DNA of 64,000 bases from Guillardia theta CCMP2712 (GCF_000315625.1 NW_005434505.1:34677-98676); one strand, 5' to 3'; positions 12,261 to 25,188 are shown, counted from the first letter of the stretch. Numbers and translations: made by a program. The notes: generated by a model from the letters alone, not told the origin.

Positions 12261-12794
12261 ATGGCATCAAACTCCAATACAAGCTCCTCTCCCTACGCTC
12301 CCTCCAATCTCTCCTCTTCCCCCTCTTCTTCCTCCTCCCCTCCACCTCCCTTACCCAACCCCATCCTCGAACGATCCTGTCCTGCTTCTGTCAAAATCGT
12401 TCCCCGCAGACGCAAGTTCGAGTCCCGCAACCGCCGCCCCCCCACTCTCGTCTCCGCCGACGCCGTCCGCGCCCTCATGCACCTCAGCCAGCGGGAGGCA
12501 GCGGAGCAGCTCGACATCTCCCTCACGGCGCTCAAGAGCGCGTGCAAGAAGATGGGGATAACGGGCTGGCCGTACACGCGCAAGGAGAAGCTGGCAGCCG
12601 CCAAGTGTCTTCAAGGTCTTGATAAGGAACCAGCTGTTGAGAGTAGAAACGAGGAGGAGGAAATCGAGTCTGACGAGGATATTCCGGACATGGCGGACGA
12701 TGGAGATGCTGGAGGAGGTGATAGGGCTGATAGGATAGTCGGGACTGATGGTTGCTGTTGGAGGACCACCGCCGACAGAGTACAAGCGCAGTGA
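12261..12794 (+). CDS. RWP-RK domain transcription factor, copy 3
   Basis: ATG at 12261 (MASNSNT...), same RWP-RK core; tail read in a different frame from copies 1 and 2. Confidence 0.85.
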   Translation: MASNSNTSSSPYAPSNLSSSPSSSSSPPPPLPNPILERSCPASVKIVPRRRKFESRNRRPPTLVSADAVRALMHLSQREAAEQLDISLTALKSACKKMGITGWPYTRKEKLAAAKCLQGLDKEPAVESRNEEEEIESDEDIPDMADDGDAGGGDRADRIVGTDGCCWRTTADRVQAQ

Positions 12795-13283
12795 TATCAC
12801 ATTGAATCATATCGTATTATAGTTTATTGATAGCAGAGAACTGTTCGCTTGCCATGCTCTTTCTGTTGATAATGTAAATTAAATACTTTCACAACTTCAC
12901 GTTATGTGCTCACATATAAGTGCGTTCGAGGAGATCGGCGGGAGGGAGGGAGGACGAGTTCAGCTGACATACTTGTCGTTACCTCATCGAACACCGTTTA
13001 CGTCTTACTGCGCATGCTGTTGCTATGCTGGTTCTGGTAGAGGAGGAAGAGGATGCAACGAGGATCAGGAGAGGATTAGAGTTGTGTTGTGAGGGATAGA
13101 ACAACAGGAAGTGAAGGAAAGGAGCAGAGAGAAGAACAAAGGAAACAGAAAACAAGTTTCACAACAATCTTTCTGTGCTCATTCTGTTTTATTTGCCTGT
13201 CCCGCATCTTCCTCGGAGCAACAAATCCATGTTGACCTCACCCTCTGCTCTGCTCTGCCCTGGGCTGGACTGGTCTGCTGTCC

Positions 13284-16200
13284 TCACCACTCAGTTCTCC
13301 TCTCAGCAATGTCACCGTAGTAGACCGTCACGGCCTTTAGACGACAGTTGACAAGATTCTTCTCCACCTCCACCGGATATGCATGCCCGCAGAAGTTCGA
13401 CCCTCCTGCTCCTGCTCCTGCTTCCGCTGCTTCCGCTGCTCCTGCTGCTCCCGGCTCCCCTGGAATGGCTGCTAGCGCTACGAGCTGAGCAACGTTGATG
13501 TTCCTGGAGACCAGAGAGGGAAGGGAGCACAAAAAGACAGGGAAGTAAGATAGTAGGACAACCAGCGAAGGGAGAAGGAGAGGAAAAGGTATCAGAAGAT
13601 GTTAGGATGTTTATCTTTGATCAAAGAACAATGTCGACGGAGAAGAGAAGCGGGAGGAATGAAAGAAAAAACAAAGAAGAGAAGAGTTGAGGAAGAACTG
13701 AGAAGAATGGCAGAGAAGGAATTCAAGGTAGGAGCAGAGGCAGGAGTAGGAGCAGAAAGAGAGGGAGAAGCAATCCATCAAGGGGTTCACTCACTTGGGA
13801 AGGTACATGGCGACGGAGGTAGCGATCTGTAGTAGGATGATGAGCTCAGGAACAGGCAGGAGGAGGAGGAAGAGAAGGAGGAAGGAGGAGTTGGTAGTGT
13901 TGGCGGTGGTGGAGGACGAGGAAAGGACCTGAATCGAGTGACGAAAGAGCACCTCACAGTCAATGGGAAGTTGATGCATGTCAAACACCTGCTCGAAATC
14001 AATGCAGCTTCTTCCTCCTCCTCCTCCACTTCCTCCTCCTCCTTGTCTCGTCTTCGTCTTACATGCGCGTTGGAGTACTCAGGTCCTCCCCAAGGAGGAG
14101 CTAGGAAAACAACATCCATCCACGTTGAAAAGCAGCCAGCTGGAGAAACCGTATGAGTCAAGAAGAGAAGCACAGACAGCGAGGGGGAAGGAGAAGGATG
14201 GGGACCAAAACGAGGAGGACGAGGAAGACCAAGGGGGACGAGAAGGAGGAAGAGGACGAGGAGGACGAGGAGGACGAGGATGATGATGAAGGATCGAAAA
14301 AAGGATGAAGGTAACGGGGGGGGGGGGACAAGGAGAACGTAGTTGCCATGGTCTCACATTTCGCAAGCTCTACAAAATTGCCAACAATGAACTCAATCTG
14401 GAGATTCAAACGTCACGGGTTCTCTTCCTTCACACTCTCCCTTTGCGACCTTATGGTCTACTCCGTAGATCTTGGCGTTGTGCTTGGCGAGTTTGATCTT
14501 CTCGGGATCTGACAAGATGAGTTCATCTTCATGATACATCTCCTCCCCCTTCCCCTTCCCCTTCCCCTTCCATTCCCTCCCCCTGCCCTTCTACTCCCCT
14601 TACCATCCCCTCTCCTCCCTTTCCCTCTCCTTCGCTCCCCCTCCCCTTCCTCATCCTTTCTTTCCCTTTCCATGTTGCCATCCTTCCTACGTGTCCTGTC
14701 TTTCTTTGCATCTTTCACCCCCAAGAGCCAAACTCCCTTCCTACTCCTCCATCCCCTCTCTTCCCAACTCATCTCTATGTTCTGATCTTTGAACTTTTCG
14801 GCTCCTCCTCCTCCTCCTCCTCCTCCTCCTCCTCCTCCTCCTCCTCTCACCGATGTCACACGCCCACACCCGGCGGCACGTCTGAGCCAGCTGGATAGCA
14901 TTTCCTCCTGCTCCACAGAAAGCGTCGAGAACAAAGTCTCCCGAGCATCTTGAACGTGCGTGAGAGAGAGGAGGGGAAAGAAAAGAGGCGGCAAGAAGGC
15001 GAGAGAGAGGAGGAAGAGGATGGAGGGGAAGACGAAAACGCGAAGAAGGAAAGAGAAAAACGATTTGAAGTACATAAGGGGGAGACACACGAGCAGTGGG
15101 GAGAGTGAAAAGAGGCCGGAGGATGCTACGAAGAAGGGACGGCAGCCAACACTAAGAGATGGAGGAAGAGGAGGAGGAGGATGAGGAGAACAAGGACAAG
15201 AACGACTAGGAGGAGGAGGACAAGGAGGACAAGGAGGACAAGGAGGACAAGGAGGACAAGGAGCAGGAGAATGAGGAGCAGGAGGAAGAGGAGCAGGAGG
15301 AAAAGGAGCAGGAGGAAAAGGAGCAGGAGGAAAAGGAGCTGGAGGAAAAGGAGCAGCCTGAGGATGAGGACAAGGAGGAGAGGGGGGTGAGCACTTGAAC
15401 GCGTGATGCTTCGAGAGCTCCTCTGGTGTGACCGAATACCAGCTCTCTCTGTCCAGCTTGAGATAAAGTTAGCCCGAGCTGGGAAGAGGCCGCAAACAAA
15501 GGGGAGGTGGGTAGCAACCTTGATCCCGTGGTCGTAGAGGGAGAAGAGCGTGTAGCGCAGCTTCCAGTACTTCTTCAGCTCTTCATCCTTCTCCAGCTCC
15601 ACGTCCTCCTCCTCCTCCCCCGAGATCATGTCTGCCCAAACGTTTCTAAGCTCCTGGCCGGGCTGTGAGCTGAAACCCAGCTCGGCAGACCTTGGCAGGA
15701 GCGGAGGAGGTCTGTCTTCTTCCTCTTACGCAAGTTGGTGAACTTGTGCCTCCTGATCACGATCGAGTCCCACGAGCCACGGGCGCCTCCGTCCTCCATG
15801 TCGAAGAGCTCGACGAACCTGAGGAGGAAGTGAGAAGTGTCGAGGTGACGAAATTAGATGGTGAGAAGATGGTGAGAAGATGGTGAGAAGATGGTGAGAA
15901 GGAAGTTGAGGAAAGGAGTGAAGAGAGATGGTTGAGATGGTTGAGATGGTTGAGATGGTTGAGATGGTTGAGATGGTTGAGATGGTTGAGATGATTGAGA
16001 TGGTTGAGATGGTTGAGATGGTTGAGATGGTTGAGATGGTTGAGATGGTTGAGATGATTGACATGGTTGAGATGGTTGAGATCACAGAGATGATTGAGAT
16101 GTTTGACATGGTTCGGAACATGAAATGGCAATGATATCACAAGGCACAATGCCGGCAACATCGTGAGATGAATAAAAATCAACTTCACGTGAAGATCATA

Positions 16201-19200
16201 GATGAGATGCTAAAAGAAGAGAACAATCATGCAAGCACAGGTCGAGTGATAGCACGAGCAGACAATGATATCCATCAAAATGCAAGTTAGATCATCACCG
16301 TCTACTCCGCGGGTAATCGCCATCGACGAAAATCTCATCATATCGTCTCTCTTGTCCTTCAACTTCATTCTCCTCATCTGACTTACAAGTAAAACATCGC
16401 AGGAAACTCAAAAACTCCGAAACGACCTGAAGGAGCCGATTGCTGTTCGTCCCTCTCCTCCTCCGCTTCACTGTCAGAGTGAAACTTGACATGGACTCCT
16501 CCTCCTGCCATCGGTTGTCAGCTTGGCAACACATGCAGAAAAGAAAGAAGGAGAAGATAAAGATCTGATGTTGTCATCCTTGATACAACTTTCAAACTGC
16601 TGCCACATAACATAATCCAAGAATACCCTGCCCCCCTCTTGTATGTTCGTGAACCACTGACTACCCTTTCTCCCCTCCCTCCTCCCCTCCCTCCCCCTTC
16701 CCCTTGAAGTTGGACAGCTACAAGATGTTGCTAGAGCAGCTTAAACCGTAGGGTGCATAGAGTATTCATTTCTTCACCTTTGTTGGTCTTGGAGGTTGTA
16801 TGGACTCCCAACTAATGGGGTCAGATTCAAAAGAAGAGGCGAGAAGAGAGAAGGGAAGAGATACAGCAAAAGGAACAAAGGAACGAACGAGAGGAAAAGT
16901 GCAGAGCAGAGCAGAGCGAAGCAGAGCAGGGCAGGGCATGACAGGGGATGGCAGGGCAGGAGGAACAATTTGCGTCCTCCATTGAAATATGTCTTCCATT
17001 GAAAGCAGAAGCGACAAAGACAAGCAAAAACAGGAAAGCAAGTGCAAGGAGAGAAGAAGACGAAAGCAAGTGCAAGGAGAGAAGAAGACGAAAGCAAGTG
17101 CAAGGAGAGAAGAAGACGAAAGCAAGTGCAAGGAGAGAAGAAGACGAAAGCAAGTGCAAGGAGAGAAGAAGACGAAAGCAAGTGCAAGGAGAGAAGAAGA
17201 CGAAAGCAAGTGCAAGGAGAGAAGAAGACGAAAGCAAGTGCAAGGAGAGAAGAAGACGAAAGCAAGTGCAAAGAGAGAAGAAGATGAAAGCAAGTGCAAA
17301 GCGAGAAGAAGACGAAAGCAAGTGCAAAGAGAGAAGAAGACGAAAGCAAGTGCAAAGAGAGAAGAAGACGAAAGCAAGTGCAAAGAGAGAAGAAGACGAA
17401 AGAATGTCGCAAGCTGACAGTTGAAAACCTCACCTCCGACTCGTAGTAGGCTGAAAGTTTCTGTTTCCTGTCTTCTAGAGCAGCCTGCAGGCAAAACAAA
17501 TAAAAGAAACCGATCAAACACAAGAAACAAGACAATTGACATGGAGAGATGATTCTCCACCTTCTTGGCTAGTTTGTTCTTAACAAGCTGCAGCTGATCT
17601 TGCGTTTGCTTACACTTCAGTATGGTAGCAGGAGCCGGAGGCTAAGAATAATAGTTAGATGACAAAAGTAAAGGAAGAGAAGAGAAAAGAAGGAAGCAAG
17701 AGAGAAAAGGGATGAACAGATGGAAGCGAGCGAAAAAACAAGAGGAAATAGTCAGTTGAAAAGAAGAAGGGACAATTTTTGAATAGAAGAGGTGGTGGCG
17801 GAAAGATTTCAGGAGATTTACGAAGACAAAGTAGGGCAGAGAGAGGAAGAGAGGGAGGAGAAGCGTTCAAAACCTCAACAATCTCCCCATGGAGAATCAA
17901 AGATACAATGTCCGGCACTTCCGTGTTGATCCACTTTGAGACCGCTGGGGTCAAGACAACATTTTAAGTCAAAGAGCAAGTGAACCTGATTCGTTACTTG
18001 TGTCGATCCCTCCTGCAAACATTGACTATTCAACACTATGAATCCTTCCCACTCCTCCTCGTTCCCTCCCCTCCTCCTTCATCTTTTCCCCCTCCGTCCT
18101 CCATCCTGCCTTTGACTCCTGACTCTTGCCACGTCCTCCCTCCTCCCTCCTCCCTCCTCCCTCCTCCCTCCTCCCTCCTCCCTCCTCCCTCCTCCCTTCC
18201 CCTTTCCCCTTCCCCTTCCCCCTTCCTTCCTTCTTTGTCTTCTTCGTCATCTTTTCTTACCTCACTCCCCGCTCCTCCACCTCTTACCGTCTGGGTACAT
18301 CGCAACCAAACAGGATAGTTCTCATCAGCGAAGTACCCAGCTGAAATCCAGCTGAGCATTTGCATCACGGTGAAGGGCCCGTAGATCGGCTGCTCCACAT
18401 CCTCCCTCGCCTCCTCCGCCTCCGCTTCCTCGGCCTTCTCCTCCTCCTTGTCCTTCTCTACCTGCACACGGACCGCATGTCATTCAGGTTTCGTCCACCT
18501 GCTACTTCACCTCTCCTCCTTCCTCCTCTCTCTGCTGCTCAGCGCTCAACACCACCGGCAGATACTCCCATACTATACAACTCTCATCTGTGAAAGCGTG
18601 AGGAACAGGCCGCGAAGTGCAGACGGGAAGGAGGAAAGAGGAGGAAGCAGAAGCAAGGAGGAGGAAAGAGGAGGAAGGAGAAGCAAGGAGGAGCAAGGAA
18701 GAGGAAGGAGGAACGGAGAGTGTGGAGAGGAAGACAGAACACGAATGAGAGAGAGAAGAGGAGGCTAGCAAACAGCAGGAGCAGGGGAGAGTGACAGCAA
18801 GAGCAGTACCATAGTTTCGCTCTCTCAGGTAGAGAGCGGCAAGGGATGCTCTTGCTCGAGTCGTCATCATCGGAGACGTGACGTCAGCGTCTCTGCAGTA
18901 GATGGTGGTCTGAGGGCGGATGAGGTGCCTGCAGTCGCGTCATGCAGGTTGGCTAGATTGAGCGCCTCCTCCTATCTTACGTTGCCACCCGCTGCTGGTC
19001 CTTCTTCCTCCTCTTGGTGAGGTCGTTGGCGGTGAAGCTGCACGGCAGCCCCAACTTCTTCATCTGCTAAAGGGATGAGATGAGACGAGACGAGCCAGCA
19101 AGAGCAAGCGACTTCAAGGTCACCTCCTCTCTCAGAGACTTCGTCTCCTCGTCTCCCATCTCCTCCTCATCCTGCTTGCCCTGTGCCTCCTCAGGCATGG

Positions 19201-19900
19201 TTTGATCCCCTTGCTCGAGGTCCTCATCAGATGCTTCATGGGAGTCACTGTCTTGGTAAGTATCATCTTGATCACTCTCATCGTCTCTGCCCTCCTCCTC
19301 GTCCTCGCTCTTCTCGCCATGCTTGTCCACCTCGCCTAGCTCCTCCCCTCCTGCTTCCACATGCTCCCCACCATTCTTCTTCGTGTTCGCCTTGTTCACT
19401 TGATTCTTCCTCGATGCTTCTCCTGTCGTTGTTGCTGCAACAGTGAAGACGACATCAGGCATGCAGCAGCAGAGGCCCTCTCCCCCGGGCACGGGGAGCG
19501 TAGAGGGAGCATGCTGCTCGTGCTGCATTTTGAGGGACCTGGAAGGGAGGCCAGGAGGGCGGGTGTGTCTCAGGAGAGAGCGAGCGAAGGGACGCGGGGG
19601 CGAGGAGACATCGGCAGGGGAGGGGGGGAGGAGGAGGAGGAGGAGGAGGAGGAGGAGCGGGAGGAGCAGAGGAGTACAAACTATCTTGTTGATCCGCCTC
19701 CCTCCCTTGCTTCCTGCCTGAGCTTGAGCTAGCGGTTCTCCTATTTTTTCGAGCTAACCTCAGAGTCTAGATAGTTCGTTCTGGAGGACAGCGGTATGTA
19801 CAGGGGATCTAAGGTGAATTGAGTGGAAACTGGCTTCGGAAACGGGACAGCAAATAGGAGCGAGCACATGAACTCAACAACTGCGACGAACTTCGGAATC
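13284..19900 (-). CDS. TGS1: Trimethylguanosine synthase (cap hypermethylase) with probable upstream GYF domain; multi-exon, 5' end uncertain
   Basis: Exons encode KKYWKLRYTLFSLYDHGIK, WYSVTPEE, VLDAFCGAGGNAIQLAQ, KIKLAKHNAKIYGV, IEFIVGNF, DVVFLAPPWGGPEY, MYLPK and VEVEKNLVNCRLKAVTVYYGD. An upstream MKKLGLPCSF motif (~19035-19065) resembles the TGS1 MxxMGLPxxF motif. Confidence 0.9.
15925..16100. repeat. 9-bp tandem repeat (GAGATGGTT)n in a TGS1 intron
   Basis: Seen directly. Confidence 0.95.
17034..17401. repeat. 28-bp minisatellite (GAAAGCAAGTGCAAGGAGAGAAGAAGAC), ~13 copies, intronic
   Basis: Seen directly; variant units cluster at the right end. Confidence 0.95.
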
Positions 19901-19959
19901 ATCCGAGTTGTTGACAGACAGCATCATCAACGTTGCGACTTTCTGTTTCATTCATTTCA

Positions 19960-21906
19960 CTTGTCCTAGTCCGTCTGGTACTTATACACTCCTGCGCGAG
20001 TTCCAGCATGATATGATCACCAGATGCGATCTCGGACTGCCGTCACTTCACACCACCTCCCTGAGTTCACCCCCAACCTTGCTTTGTGTCTCCCTGACAC
20101 TCGCCCAGCAGGGCAAGCGCTTCATGGGAAACTGCCAACGTGCGGAGCACGGCCTGTAGCACTACAACAGTACGGTACACCAACACCATGACCATACAAG
20201 TATCTGGCGACTCAGTTACATCATCCTTGCTGTTGCCCCACCATGATGTCTCTCTCCTGCCCTGTTTGCTCATGCTAGACTGATCTCTGGAGGAGGCATT
20301 TCCTGAAGACCAAGTCACCACGACGACATTCCGACACATGGCATGAGCAGGGAAACAGACTGACCTCCATAAAGTCACTCCCCGGTGTGTCGCTTCTCCT
20401 CCCCCGCGACGTCACGCTCCGCAGCACATGCAGAACAGCCATGGAAGCAAAGATGCCCACCCGCTTGAAGATCTGCTTCTTCTTCTGCTCCCCTTCCGCA
20501 CCTCCCAGAGAGTTCGACCTGTTTGAAAGCGTCAGGATCACGGCTGCTACAACCACTCATCTAACCTAGAAGAGACTTGCTGGAGTTTCTCCAGGAACTG
20601 GCGAGGTGACTCGGTGCTCAGTCGGTTTGTGACCATGGCACCGAACTTGGTGTTGGCAAGTCCACCAGGGTCAACGTGTGTGATTAGGGTGAACTCAGTC
20701 TTGCTCGGGTCCGAGGAGACTTTCTTGAGCAGGTTCGCTCCCAGAGGCATGTTCATCCTCGTATACCCCGGCGCATGCTTCGCAAGCGGGTGGTCCTCCG
20801 CCCTGTTCACTATCAACTTGGCATCCTCCCCGATGCTGCGGTAGTGAACGCGCGTTACAAACTCTCTCGACCATGGCCTCCCGGTCCGGGTCTGCGTGAT
20901 CTTGGTATCTTCACTCAGCCACTCGAGGTCTAAGATCTCCTTGCAGTACTCGTTGTACTCGTGGGCCCGAGCGTTGTCCGTGAACAGCTCGAACACTTTC
21001 TCTAGCGGGGCATCGATTACAGCTGTCGCCTTCACGCACGCAAACTTTGACGCCGAGCCAACTTTCAGCCCCGCGATCTCCAGGTCTGCTGGTAGAAATC
21101 TGCGCCAGACTTTGATGTTTCCCTCGGAGCTAACCTCCTCCCACCCATCGGATTCCATCACATCGATCGTGGTGGAAACCAACATGTCATTCACCCACTG
21201 CACGTCCTTCTGCCTCCAGCTTAGATCCTCAGCTTCTTCGTTGAAGGACATGAAACGCAGTTTGGATACCATCACCGGAATGTTCTTGGCGTTCAGGATC
21301 TCATTCCGGAAATCGACATTCCTACAATGCTTCTCTGTCGACTCCACCATCTGCAACATATGGTTCCATCCCTGACTAGGATTAATCCACAGCTGATGAT
21401 AAGTCAGAGCCCGCTCAAACTGCACGGCAAAGTCGTTCCACGGACAAAGCTCTTCACGCTTCTTCTTCATCAGTGCGTCCACCTCTGAAACGCAATCCCC
21501 CAAGGCTCGAAACAAATCTTGTGTTCGGTCCAAACATGTCTGCACACAGTTTTTCCCTCCTCTTAGCCGTTGTGGCATGCAGACATGCATAGTGCTGTCT
21601 GCTTCTTGCCGAAATGTTTCCCACCGCTGCATGCTTTGACATTGCTGTGGATTCACCAGTCCACGGAGACTGTTATCCAATCCAACCTGTGCCCAACCAA
21701 GAGACAAGAGAGAAAGAGAGAGATGTCAGTGCAACGCTTTTCAAACTCTCGGTGGCATTGCTCACCTGTACTGACGTGCTGTCTCTGGAATGTGCATTTA
21801 CAGGTCCGCTGCACGAGACAAAGCAGCAGACTAGCTGGATCGCAAGAAGGGACGTACAGGTGCAAGGAGAGGTCAGGGACCCTTCTCCCAGCCGTTTCTT
21901 CCGCAT
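19960..21906 (-). CDS. START/SRPBCC lipid-binding domain protein with signal-peptide-like leader and RLRGG motif (3' end approximate)
   Basis: Main exon has DGWEEVSSEGNIKVWRR, ACVKATAVIDAPLEKVFELF, REFVTRVHYR, EDHPLAK..GYTRMN and TEFTLITHVDPGG. First exon MRKKRLG...LLAIQLVCCFVSCSG splices in frame. Confidence 0.8.
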
Positions 21907-22805
21907 GGTTCGCTTGCGTTTGACGTTCTCAAGACAGTAGACTTTCCGATACTACCTCAGGCTGACAATGGCACATATAATTATCACTTGCTTCCTTCCG
22001 CCGGCAAAGACCCATCCAATCATGCTACCAACTCGCAACAGAAGCCATGCGGGAAGAAGAGGAGGCGCATGTCAGTTGTCTCGAAGCTCATCTCATCTCA
22101 TCTCATCTGTCGTATCCTACCAACGTTCTTCTTCAACCTTGTCAAGCCTGTCAACTCCCATGCCTCGTTACTACGAGATCACACCGCAGTACCAACACCC
22201 CCCCTACCCACCCTTGATACACATTTAACCCACCGGTCTGATGTATTACCCCAATTATTAACCTTGTCTGTGGTGGTAGGGGTTACAGCTACCACCCTCC
22301 CGGGGCATTCTTCTATGCTTGGAACCAGATACCGTAGACCGCTAACAGTACCCCCGCCATCCCAAACAAAAGTCCATAACACAAGGTATCTTCTGTCTGC
22401 ACCTACACCTATCAATTTCACCAAGTATTGCACTAATGAATTTCCAGATACCCATCAGATCATGGACCCAGAGTGTTACACCATCACCCCCTCATGTACC
22501 ATACCCTACCCCTCAAGCTCACCACCGTGCTGTCCCATCATCCATTCTTTGGGAGGCTTTAGAATAAGTTTTAATCGCTGGATACCATCAAAATGTTTTA
22601 TAATACAAAATATATTGTTATTGAAAACTTGTCTATAGAATATATATAATTTATTTCTGATTTATAAAGAAGTTGAAAGAAATGGTACAAGATGTCACAG
22701 ATATTTTGTACCAAAAAGCAACAAAACCAGGTACAGAAGTTGCATTTAAAACAATAGATTTGTTTTATTAGTGTTTTGTTGACTCCCGAGGCCCCGGGGG
22801 CCTCA

Positions 22806-23187
22806 GGGCCGTTTCCCGCCGGCTCCCAGATTCCAGATTTTTTACTTTATTGAAAGTGATTTGAAATTTACCCCGAAATATTCACCGGTGCCTTCAATAC
22901 ATACTGCCAGGGGGTGGGGTCCCCTGCCTGTTCATATTTGATGCTCCCAGCATACCCTCCCTACATTCTAACAATTTTTCTCGATTGAGCTGATAGTATA
23001 TTTCAATATAGTGCCTGCCCATTCGAAAAGCAAAATCTGGGAAAGTCAACCGCATCGTTTCATTCTCAAATTAAAATGACTTATAGTTGAGTTTTCCAAA
23101 ACATTTGGAGGAGAAAAAAAGAAATTGACTTATATTTGTATGAAAAAATCTGGAATCTGGAATCTGGGAGCCGGCGGGAAACGGGCC
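22806..23187. mobile_element. PIF/Harbinger-type MITE, 382 bp
   Basis: TIRs GGGCCGTTTCCCGCCGGCTCCCAGATTCCAGATT (from 22806) and their reverse complement ending 23187. 3-bp TSD TCA at 22803-22805 and 23188-23190 in a C-TNA-G context. AT-rich non-coding interior. Confidence 0.88.
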
Positions 23188-23476
23188 TCAGTTAGGCCCG
23201 CGCAGTCGCCGGGACACCGGAGCCGGGCCTCTCATGTCTAAAACTTATTTTTCATGTACGGAATATATATGAGTTTCTTGGTACGAACAACAGAATTTCA
23301 ATCTCTACATATGGTACATACATTATGGATACAGGAGAACAGATGATGGTAGAATATTCATACCAATTCTTTCAATACCTATACTATTTGCTTATTAAAG
23401 TTTTTTATATAGCCTTATCGATTGATTGAATCGTAACCATCTCTAAAACATAATTTCTGCTCTGGTACAAACAGAA

Positions 23477-24880
23477 ATGTTAAAAAAGGATATTTATAAT
23501 CATCCCCACGACAGAGGGAGGGAGGTTGTTGTTACCGCAGCGATGATAGAAGCTGCGGTATTGCAAGGAGTACATAGGCATTCATGCAATATATATGTTG
23601 CGAATGACTCCATCATGGAAACAAACGAGCAGCAAGATTTCATTCGTCCTGCGCATTTCCATGCTGTTGATTGATACCCCGCTCCTAAAAACTCCTCCAT
23701 ACAACACTTCAGATTTCCTCTCATCGTCACCTACGTTCCCATCTTCTGCCAGCTGAACAACGTTTCTAGTCGTTGTATTCTTCAATTTTGTGGATTTTTC
23801 CCTCTTTGCGCCTGTTAGTGTTGGAGGGGTTTTGGTGATAACCTGAACAATGCTTTTTCCATCAATTGAGCATACGTGACTTTTACATGACAGAATGATT
23901 CGAAGCTCCATCGGTTTGCGGCAAACCGTACAGGTGTGGCTGCTTTTATGATCTCCCCTTACAACAGCGCTTGCTGAAGCATTTTCGGCCTCAGTTTCAA
24001 CAGAAACGGTTGATATGGGATCGCATCAAGGAGATCTTTGTACAGGTTGTTGTTTGATTAACCCAGCATGTCTGTGTTGAAAGATGTGCTCCATCTACAG
24101 GCTCCAAATCTGTCTCCTTCACAGTCTGCCATGAACGCGCTTGGGTTTCGCAGGGAAGCTCCGGCGAGTAAGAGCATCAAGGTGCCCTTCGTCATCTGTT
24201 GATCACTGCGCACCAACGTGATCAAATCGTGCAGGAAGTTCCTGTCATTCCTCGCACGGCTCCTGGTGCCCAGTTCAAGATCAGATACTTTGATCGTAAT
24301 TGCCTTCCTGATGGCCTGCTGCTTCTCAATCGCGCGGCAGGTGATACCGTCAAGCCAACAGATTGGAACTACAAGGATAGCGAGGGGAAAGTTGCAGCGG
24401 TATTTCCGACGGTGAGAAAGACTTGTGTGGCTTGACTTGAGTTTTCTAGGTGTCGCCTTTGAAATACATGGACGGCACTCCCTACCTGACCCAATTTGCT
24501 CCTGTTCCTGACATGCCAGCTCATGTAAGGCTCGGAACAATGTTTTGCCTTGAACGCGTGCTTTTCTTGATTGGTTTGTACAGCTTCCACGACAGTCGGC
24601 GGACTGGATCAGGCCAGGGCTTCCGCCATGTGCAGGTACTTGATTTCGAATTGAATGCCTGATTTTCATGCTCCCCTTGATGCCCTGAAGTTCAACCTAT
24701 CGCGTTGATGTTCTTGACTGGTTCTTGGCAGGACATCCCTATAAGCTCAAGCCCACTGTCCCAGAAACCTATCAAGACTAGTCTAAGCCCTCCCTTTTTT
24801 CGAATGAGCGTGAGGATGCCGCACAAGTTCACCAGTCACGTCTCAACATCACGGTGCTAAGCCTGATACCATCATAAACA
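23477..24880 (+). pseudogene. Hypothetical multi-exon gene, apparently degenerate
   Basis: Exon-like pieces (MLKKDIYNHPHD..., QEVPVIPRTAPGAQFKIRYFDRNCLPDG..., VSPLKYMDGTPYLTQFAP) with GT-AG boundaries but stops or frame breaks between them. Confidence 0.35.
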
Positions 24881-25188
24881 TTGAGCCTGTAAACATCAGC
24901 GGAACCATCCTGACAATCAGGAGAGCCTGTCGAGGAGGCTTGACCCCGACAAGGCACTGTCGCACAGGCCATACTATGCGGCGAGAAGGGAAAATACTGA
25001 CAAAGAGAAACAACCCAAATCCTGCCTACCGTAGTACTGCCTCCGATACCCGGTCCAGTGCTCAGGTCCGATCCCCAAATCCGATTTGCAAGTTGGGCGG
25101 CAGATTGAATCTGCCAGTGACCGGGCTTTAAGTTCAGTGCCGACCTTACCGTCAAGTTACCGCATATCATAGCCTCCTGGTTCAAATC

